In this document: one piece after another, positions 34,538 to 41,173 of the stretch | Layout: each line of letters opens with the position of its first letter | How positions within the stretch are numbered: position 1 is the stretch's first letter | DNA from: a virus | Taxonomy: Duplodnaviria > Caudoviricetes | Strand: one strand, 5' to 3' | IMG/VR virus record: IMGVR_UViG_3300017544_000004 | Coordinates: 1-41,173 of that record | Length of the DNA: 41,173 nucleotides | Translations under genes and position numbers: made by a program | Notes under the pieces: model-generated | What the model was told of the DNA's origin: nothing | Databases searched by the model: none | The model's input: only the letters and a program-made list of their open reading frames with translations

Positions 34538-34684
34538 TCGCGCGGGCGGCCCCGTCCCGATCATGGGGTGAGCTCCAGGATGATCGGGGGTGAACCCCCG
34601 GTTCCGATCAAGACCCGATCAAGAAACCCGCCGACCCGGCGCGAAATGCGCGCTTTCGGGAAGGCTTTTTTGCTGCCCGGAAAG

Positions 34685-35083
34685 ATGCTGATGATGACTC
34701 CCGGCACCTACATTGCGAAGCGTCGGCAGGCCGCTGGCCTGTCGATCGACGATGTCGCCGCCATGGTCAGCACCTCGCCGCGCCTCGGCCGGATTGACCG
34801 GAGCGCCTGGATCGAGCGCATCGAGCAGGACGTCGCCGCGATCAGTCCCGATGTCGCCGCCGCCTTGGGCAGCGCCTTCTCCTTTTCCCGCCATGTGCTT
34901 CAGCAGCTCATCGACCTGCGAAGCTATGGCGTCTGCACCGAACCGGAACCCCGCATCTGCATGACCTGCGGCTGTTCCGCCCTCGACGGCTGCGTCGACC
35001 ACGCAACAGGCGAGGTCTGCTCCATGCTGGACGGGGACATCTGCACCTCCTGCACCGGAAAGGACTCATCCCATGCGGCATGA
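34685..35083 (+). CDS. XRE HTH protein with C-terminal Cys-rich finger
   Basis: YIAKRRQAAGLSIDDVA; CMTCGCS...C...C...CTSC. Confidence 0.75.
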   Translation: MLMMTPGTYIAKRRQAAGLSIDDVAAMVSTSPRLGRIDRSAWIERIEQDVAAISPDVAAALGSAFSFSRHVLQQLIDLRSYGVCTEPEPRICMTCGCSALDGCVDHATGEVCSMLDGDICTSCTGKDSSHAA

Positions 35084-35291
35084 AGTCATCTCGACCAAAC
35101 TGCACCCGATGGAATGCCGCTGCGACCGCTGCGCGCAAAGCAGGCCGAAGCGCCCGAACCGCTGGGCCGAAGCCATGGAGCCGGGCGATCTCGATACGCT
35201 GAAGAAAAGCGTCTCCATCGCCTTATGGGCCAATGGCCTGATCGCTGCCGCCCATTACGCGCCGACCGTCATCGACTGGCTGTCGTCATGA
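35073..35291 (+). CDS. Hypothetical protein (HP..CRCDRC, hydrophobic C-terminus)
   Basis: AAGGA RBS; overlapping operon structure. Confidence 0.65.
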   Translation: MRHEVISTKLHPMECRCDRCAQSRPKRPNRWAEAMEPGDLDTLKKSVSIALWANGLIAAAHYAPTVIDWLSS

Positions 35292-35563
35292 TCGCACACA
35301 TGCTCTCGCATCAGGATATCGCTGCCGTCGGCAGGGTGACCGAAGCCCTCATCATGGGGTTCGCTGCGGCGGGCAATGCAATCCTTCAACCTATCGCCGA
35401 AGATCCGGACATCAGCCCGCAAGCCATGCTGCTGGGCATCGCACAGGCCCATATCAACGGCTTGGCCTCCATCCTCGGACAACTGGACGATCCGACGCGC
35501 GACACCCTGATCACAGGCGTCCCGGCCCAGCTCCACCACATCATCGCACGGGGGGAATCATGA
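35288..35563 (+). CDS. Hypothetical protein
   Basis: ATGA coupling at both ends. Confidence 0.65.
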   Translation: MIAHMLSHQDIAAVGRVTEALIMGFAAAGNAILQPIAEDPDISPQAMLLGIAQAHINGLASILGQLDDPTRDTLITGVPAQLHHIIARGES

Positions 35564-35790
35564 ACTTCGACGAACTGCGAGCCGAACACAGGGCATCCAG
35601 CATTTTTGAATGGGAAGCCGTCCGTTTAGGCAGCACCATAACCATCACCGGCAAGGATGCCGATGGCAAGCCCCTCAAGATAAGCGGCGTGACCCGCATC
35701 CTCTCAGATCCCGACTGCGCGGCGACCTGCGTTTATGCGACCGCGCCTTCGAACACCTGGCTGCTCCGCCTCGATCGGAGGGAACCATGA
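35560..35790 (+). CDS. Hypothetical protein
   Basis: GGGGGA RBS; ATGA coupling. Confidence 0.65.
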   Translation: MNFDELRAEHRASSIFEWEAVRLGSTITITGKDADGKPLKISGVTRILSDPDCAATCVYATAPSNTWLLRLDRREP

Positions 35791-36029
35791 GCGAAGGCAA
35801 TGTCGCGGCGGATCAGCTCCGCCTTTTCATCGAGCGTATCGAGCGGCTGGAGGAGGAAAAGAAGGGCCTCGGCGACGACATCAAGGATGTCTACCTCGAA
35901 GCCAAGGCCAATGGCTATGACGTGAAGACGATGCGGACCATCGTCCGCCTCCGGAAGATGGAGCGCAACGCGCGGCAGGAAGCCGAAGCGCTGCTCGAAA
36001 CCTACAAGAACGCGCTGGGGCTCGAATGA
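35787..36029 (+). CDS. gapR: GapR/DUF2312 DNA-binding protein
   Basis: [20 protein letters not shown]....IKDVY.EAK..GYDVK signature. Confidence 0.93.
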   Translation: MSEGNVAADQLRLFIERIERLEEEKKGLGDDIKDVYLEAKANGYDVKTMRTIVRLRKMERNARQEAEALLETYKNALGLE

Positions 36030-36337
36030 TGGCCGACCTCGCCGCCGCCGCCCGCCGCTTCGTGCTCTCGCCCGAATATCAGGATCTGACCGTCCGCCAG
36101 CTCGCGTTGCTCTGCGTCGTTGCCGACGATGAAGGCCCGCATCATGTGCGGCATCTGGCGAAGACGCTCGGCGTTTCGAAACCCGTCGTCACCCGCGCCG
36201 TCAACCATCTCTCCCGCTGCGGCCTGCTCGGCCGCCAGCGCCGTCCTGAGGATCGTCGGGATGTCGTGATCGCGCTGACGGATGCCGGTCGCGAATTCAG
36301 GAAGACGCTGGCCAAGGGGGCGGCCGGAAATGGCTGA
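36026..36337 (+). CDS. MarR-family winged-helix regulator
   Basis: [10 protein letters not shown]...[18 protein letters not shown]...EDRRDV..LTDAG. Confidence 0.88.
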   Translation: MMADLAAAARRFVLSPEYQDLTVRQLALLCVVADDEGPHHVRHLAKTLGVSKPVVTRAVNHLSRCGLLGRQRRPEDRRDVVIALTDAGREFRKTLAKGAAGNG

Positions 36338-36590
36338 CGCCCTCGCCTATCGCCCCTGCAACGGGACCGAGGGCGATCTCTTCTTTTCGTGCTGGTGCGA
36401 CTGCTGCGCGCGCAATGACGGCGGCTGCGAGATCCTCTCGGCGACCATGCTGTTCCGCGTCACCGACCGCGACTATCCGCCCGAATGGCGGACGGATGAA
36501 GCGCACGGCCCACGCTGCACCGCCTTCGACGCGCTCGATCCCTTCGATCAGCCCTTCGACCCCGCCGCCGCGATCGGGCTGCTGCTGTGA
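36330..36590 (+). CDS. Cys-rich hypothetical phage protein
   Basis: YRPCNGTEG..F...WC..C, CEIL, YPPEW, PRCTAF. Confidence 0.72.
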   Translation: MADALAYRPCNGTEGDLFFSCWCDCCARNDGGCEILSATMLFRVTDRDYPPEWRTDEAHGPRCTAFDALDPFDQPFDPAAAIGLLL

Positions 36591-36910
36591 CGGTCAATCC
36601 CGGACATTCCGGAGCAGGCGGCATGAGGAGCGCAGCCCGCCCCTGCACCTGCCCGGAGTGCCAGGCGCTCGACGCCGAATTTCCGAATGAAGGGCGCCAG
36701 CTCGCCCTGATCGAAGCACGGACGCGCTGCGCGTCCGCCCCTCTCGCCCGTCTGCCGGCAGGCTCCCCCCAATCACCCGCCCGGCAGGCGATGCGGCCCC
36801 GCGCCGGGCCTGTGCCTCGAAGCGAGTCACCTGCCTCGATTCGACCCGGCGCGGGGAAAGCATCCCCCGAAAACCTCCACGCCAGGGAGAGCAGCTCCAG
36901 GAGAAGCCCC

Positions 36911-39045
36911 ATGTCCTTTACCACCATGACGATCGGCGATCTATGCATCTCGCCTTATAATGCACGCATCAACCGCCACGACGCCGAATCCGTCGACGGC
37001 ATGGCGGGATCGCTTCTGAACAGCGGGCAGCTCTATCCGCTCATCGTCCACCCGATGAAGAGCCGGAAGGGCGCGCCGAAACTTTGGGGCGTATTCGCGG
37101 GCGGCCGGCGCTATCGCGCGTTCCGCAAGCTGATCGACGATGGCCGTCTGCCGGCCGATCATCCGATCGAGGTCATCGTCCGCAACATCACGGACGAGGC
37201 CGAACTGGTCGAACTCAGCCTGGCTGAAAATCTCGTCCGCCTTGGCCTTCGCACCTATGAGGTCTATACCGCCGTCGTGCGCGCCCATGAGCGCGGGCGC
37301 TCGCTTCAGGAGATCGCCGACACCAACGGCCAGTCGCCTGCGACGATCCGGCAATGGATCCGCCTCGGCAATCTTCACCCTACGGTTTTCGCCGCGCTGG
37401 AGGCGGAAGAGATCGCGACGCCCCACGCCATGGCGTTCGCGGCGACCGAGGACCAGCAGCTTCAGCTTCGCACCTTCGAACAGTTCATGCAGCTTTCGGA
37501 TGTCCAGCGCCGCGACAGAGATGCGCCGACCGTCATCCGCCGGATGCTCAGGATCGGCGACAGCGATCTGGCGAAGACTCTGCGTTTCGTCGGCGAGAAA
37601 GCCTATGCCGACGCCGGCGGCCGCTACGAGCTGGATCTGTTCGCCGAACAGGCGGAAGAGCGCGGCCGCATCGTGGACGAGGGTTTGCTCATGCAGCTCG
37701 CCGACGCGAAGCTGGAACGGGTTCGGGATCTGCTGCGCCGCCAGTCGGGCCGCGATCTTCGCTTCGAACGGGAATATCCCCGCGACCCGGAATTTGGCGG
37801 CACCGCCCGCGATCTGGAAATCGCCGCGGACCCGCGCCCGGCGACCGAAGAGGACGCGCAGCGCCTCGCCGTTCTTCAAGACGAGATGACCGAACTGGAG
37901 GCGAAGGCGCAACAGATCCTCGACGCGCCGGATCTCGACGAGGAGCAACGCGAGCCGCTGATCGCCGCCATCGATGTCGATTACGAACCGATGCAGCGCG
38001 AGGTGGAAGAGATTGGCGACCGGATGCGGCTGGCTCTTCCGGTCGGCGACATCTTCGGGACGCTGATCGTCCAGCAGGACGGCGAACTGGAGGCCCGCTT
38101 CTGGTGGGCGAACCGCAAGGAAAAGCGCAAGGCTCTCGCGGCCGAACAGAAGAACGCCGCCACCCCCGCGAAACCCACCGCCGTCTCGGCCGGACCGATC
38201 GCGCAGCCCACGACGCCGGAAAGCACCCCTGCATTCAGGCCGACGCCGGTGACCGGCGGCAGCGCCATCGATGCGAGCTACGGCTTCGGTGACCGGCAGA
38301 AGGCCGACGCGGCAATCAGGGAAGAGCATGGCCTGACCAGCGAAGGCATCCAGATCATGCGCGCCATCCGCCGTGAGACCCTGCGCGCCGGCATCGTCCA
38401 GGACGCGGGCGAACTGGACGGCATCCTCGGCCAGGATTTCGTCATCTGGTCGCTTGCCGATACGAACTGAGCGGCGGCCATGGCTACGAGCTGGGCGCGC
38501 GCCGGCTGAGCAGCGCTTACACGGATCGCTCCGATCAGGCGGCGGCGTACGTCCAGCGGACGGAAGCGCACCGGATCTGGCAGGCCGCGCTCGCCGAGGT
38601 GAAGGCGCATCCCAGCATGACGAAACAGGATCTGGCGCTCGCCTTCGACGCGTTCCGCAGCGAAATATATCAGTTCCGCCGCATGGTGGCCGCGATCGTC
38701 GCTGGCCTGATGCTGGAGCGCAGCCTCAACGCCGGCGGCTATCAGGTGCCGCTGCACGATCAGCTCGCCTTCTACTGCGGTCTCGATGACGCGGCCGAAC
38801 TGCGCCGCCTGGTCGAACCGACCGAGGAAATGGTCGATCTCTTTCCCAAGGCCCACCGCATCGCGCTGGGTCGCGCTGTCGCATCGTCCATCGCCTCTGC
38901 CAGTTGGGACAGGCTGAAGGCCAGCGATCTGACCGCCCCCGTCACCCGCGCGCTCAAGGCCGCGAAACATTGGGTCCACCCCCTCCTGCGCTTCGGCGAG
39001 TGTGAGCCCGCCCCCGCCATCGAGGAGAAGGAAATGGCGCAATGA
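36911..39045 (+). pseudogene. ParB/RepB/Spo0J-domain protein split by a 1-nt frameshift near 38458
   Basis: AGGAG RBS, ParB-N motifs (AGGRRYRA, SLAENL) and HTH; frame stops at 38470, but adding one base gives WSLARYELSGG... running on into 38599-39045. Confidence 0.75.
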
Positions 39046-39386
39046 GCACCCAGCATCTGCACCGGCCGATGCCCGACGCCGCGCGCGCCGTCGGCGAACG
39101 GCTCGAACCGGAAGCGGCCGCGCTGCTGAATCGCGCCTTTGAGGAGGTGATGGCAATCGAGGCGCTCGGCCCCACGCGCCATCATGACGCCCTTTCGCTG
39201 ATGTTCGAGCTGACGGCATCGATGGCGGCGAAGGCGATCGTCATGCTGGCCGAACTTTATCCGAGCGCCGCCCCCGATGTGATTTTTCAGGCTGGCATCA
39301 CCGATCTGCAGGTGCGGGCTGCAAATGATTTCGCGGCTTACCTTTCCCAGCTTCAGGAAAGGGCGCGCAGAAATGACCCTTTTTGA
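39042..39386 (+). CDS. Hypothetical protein
   Basis: ATGA coupling; phage-like codon usage. Confidence 0.7.
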   Translation: MSTQHLHRPMPDAARAVGERLEPEAAALLNRAFEEVMAIEALGPTRHHDALSLMFELTASMAAKAIVMLAELYPSAAPDVIFQAGITDLQVRAANDFAAYLSQLQERARRNDPF

Positions 39387-39690
39387 CCTGCTCGCCGCGA
39401 TCGTCATGGCACGGATGCCCCGCTCGATGGAGGATTGGACACCGGGCGATCTCGCCGTCTGCATAAGCACGGCGGGTTCCATGCCGGACGACATTTCCCC
39501 GAAAGAGGGCGACTATCTGCGCGTCACCGAAATTTGCCACAATCAACGCTTCCTGCATTTCGAAGGAAAGCCGAGCGAGCGGCATTGGCTCGCCATCCAT
39601 TTCCGCAAGATGAAACCCGACACCAAGCCGGCCAACGACGCCGAATGGGTCGAGCAGCTCAAGCACATGCGCCGAAAGGTCGACGCATGA
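39373..39690 (+). CDS. Hypothetical protein
   Basis: DWTPGDLAVCI...HFRK motif; overlaps both neighbours. Confidence 0.65.
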   Translation: MTLFDLLAAIVMARMPRSMEDWTPGDLAVCISTAGSMPDDISPKEGDYLRVTEICHNQRFLHFEGKPSERHWLAIHFRKMKPDTKPANDAEWVEQLKHMRRKVDA

Positions 39691-40265
39691 CGCAGGCGTA
39701 TCCGTTGCATTGGCCCGACGGCCTGCCGCGAACCGACCGGAAGGTCGCATCCCAATTCCGGACCAGCCTTTCCGCGGCGCTGAAGAATGTGAAGGGGGCT
39801 TTGGAAGCCTTCGGGCGCGATAGCGGCAAGCCGGTGTCCCATATCGTGCTGTCGTCAAACGTGGGCGGTCTGGACGTAGAGCCGCCGAAGGATACCGGGG
39901 TTGCGGCCTGGTTCACCTGGGATGGCGAGCAGCGCTGCATCGCGGTCGATCGCTATCCCAAGCCCGAGGACAATCTGCAGGCGATCTTCCATATCCTCGA
40001 AGCGCGCCGGACCGAGATCCGGCACGGTGGCCTGCATATCGTGCGGCAGACGTTCAAGGGCTTCACGGCGCTCCCTGCGCCGGAACATTGGACGCAGGTG
40101 CTAGGCGTCTCGCCTTATGCAAGCGCCGAGGAAGTGAGCGCCGCCTATCGCCAGCGTGCGCGAGCCGCTCACCCCGATCAGGGCGGCAGCGGCGACCAGA
40201 TGGCCCGCCTCAATGCCGCCCGCGATGCCGCCATCCGACAGATCGGAGGGCGTGATGGCGTGTGA
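39687..40265 (+). CDS. J-domain (DnaJ-like) phage protein
   Basis: AYPLHWP N-terminus; C-terminal WTQVLGV...AYRQRARAAHPDQGGS...LNAA with HPD motif. Confidence 0.88.
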   Translation: MTQAYPLHWPDGLPRTDRKVASQFRTSLSAALKNVKGALEAFGRDSGKPVSHIVLSSNVGGLDVEPPKDTGVAAWFTWDGEQRCIAVDRYPKPEDNLQAIFHILEARRTEIRHGGLHIVRQTFKGFTALPAPEHWTQVLGVSPYASAEEVSAAYRQRARAAHPDQGGSGDQMARLNAARDAAIRQIGGRDGV

Positions 40266-40518
40266 AACGGTCACATTGCCGGCCGGCGGAACAGCGATCG
40301 TCTGCTCCTCGCGCCGCCGTCCCCGCTGCTCGTGCGGCCAACCCGCGCCGTTTCTCTGCGACTGGAAGGTGCCGACGAGGAGAAGCGGAACCTGCGACGC
40401 CCCGCTCTGCCGCCGCTGCGCCATGTCACCCGCCCCCGACAAGCATCTATGCCAGACGCACAAACTGGCTTTTGAAAGCTGGAAGTCCAGGCAGTCATCC
40501 CATGGAGGCAGCGCATGA
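40255..40518 (+). CDS. Zinc-finger-like hypothetical protein
   Basis: GGAGG RBS; LCDW...TCDAPLC..C...LC..H. Confidence 0.75.
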   Translation: MACETVTLPAGGTAIVCSSRRRPRCSCGQPAPFLCDWKVPTRRSGTCDAPLCRRCAMSPAPDKHLCQTHKLAFESWKSRQSSHGGSA

Positions 40519-40724
40519 GCCTTCCGTGGATCCGCAGGACATATCGCGTCCCCGCCCGGCGCGGCGGCCGTGTCCGTTACACCGGCTGCGGCCGCAACGA
40601 ACTCGGCACCATCCGATCCGCCAGCGGCGGCCATCTCAACATCCAGCTCGACGGGTGGAAATTCGCCCTGCCGTTTCACCCGACCTGGGCGCTGGAATAT
40701 CTCGACCAGGGAGCATTTCAGTGA
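40515..40724 (+). CDS. Hypothetical phage protein
   Basis: GGAGG RBS; IRRTYRVPARRGGRVRY...FHPTWALEY. Confidence 0.75.
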   Translation: MSLPWIRRTYRVPARRGGRVRYTGCGRNELGTIRSASGGHLNIQLDGWKFALPFHPTWALEYLDQGAFQ

Positions 40725-40936
40725 ATGCCATGCCCTCCTCGTCCACGCGGGAAGCCTATTTGCGTCTGCCCGCCGTGATCTCCGCAACGGGTCTCAGCAA
40801 GGCGACTATCTACCGGCGAATCAAGGCTGGCGAATTCCCGGATGCCTATTCGCTCGGGGGGCACAGCGTGGCGTGGAAGCGCTCCGAGTTGGAAGACTGG
40901 ATGGAAAGCCGGTCGCCTCGCGCGAAGCCGGGGTGA
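40721..40936 (+). CDS. alpA: AlpA-family regulator/excisionase
   Basis: LRLPAV...TGLSKATIYRRIKAGEFP...VAW..SEL..W; adjacent to attR; GTG 40721 or ATG 40730. Confidence 0.92.
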   Translation: MNAMPSSSTREAYLRLPAVISATGLSKATIYRRIKAGEFPDAYSLGGHSVAWKRSELEDWMESRSPRAKPG

Positions 40937-41020
40937 GCAAAGCGGGGGCACCCTTGGGGGCACCAATCGGGATCGAACTTCAAAAATCCACGAATTTTCA
41001 GGGGAATTAGCGCGATGATA

Positions 41021-41040
41021 GAATCCTACTCGGGGAGCCA
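41021..41040 (+). repeat. attR core (20 bp)
   Basis: Exact copy of 103-122. Confidence 0.96.
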
Positions 41041-41173
41041 CACCTTTCCAGAATCATAGCCGCTCAGAGATCGCGGTCCATCGGCAACTCATTGTGGCCG
41101 TGACAACACCGGCTAAAACGGGTCGAGCGGATCTGGCGGCGTGAAGAGCTCATGGTCCCGCACCGGAAACGGC

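Larger units (their letters stand above)
103..41040. mobile_element. Temperate prophage with HK97-like head and long non-contractile tail, integrated in tRNA-Asn
   Basis: att direct repeats, integrase at left end, AlpA/excisionase at right end, full head, tail, lysis and immunity modules. Confidence 0.96.

Noticed and set aside
1-41173. CRISPR array, reverse transcriptase (DGR/retron), IS transposase, rRNA
   Set aside because: No spaced repeat array, RT motif or transposase recognised by eye; short or divergent elements could have been missed

Overview
The window is one complete-looking ~40.9 kb temperate prophage (103-41040) in a GC-rich alphaproteobacterial chromosome, probably Sphingomonadaceae (inferred from gene content and regulatory motifs). 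It is integrated at the 3' end of tRNA-Asn(GTT) and bounded by a perfect 20-bp att duplication. Left to right it carries: a P4-type integrase and an HTH replication-type gene; a DNA-modification operon (Com zinc finger, C5 cytosine methyltransferase, N6-adenine methyltransferase); a second intact tyrosine integrase; low-GC cargo; a lysis cassette; an HK97-like head and long non-contractile tail module; late-control genes with a BrnT/BrnA toxin-antitoxin pair; an immunity region; and a rightward early operon ending in AlpA. Most notable: (1) the C5 methyltransferase locus is dual-coded over about 950 nt, with two frames starting 2 nt apart behind one Shine-Dalgarno and sharing the conserved motifs, under an apparent Mu Com-type translational switch and next to a cloverleaf antisense RNA candidate; (2) a second integrase with its own unused att-like core and arm repeats bracketing an HNH gene; (3) a perfect LexA box over a leaderless gene beside a repressor lacking a peptidase domain; (4) a duplicated 21-bp late-promoter motif; (5) back-to-back EcfG-type promoters, one driving an unannotated 38-aa peptide; (6) a WYL-TerB fusion in the repressor operon. 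All family assignments come from motif recognition by eye; no database search was run.
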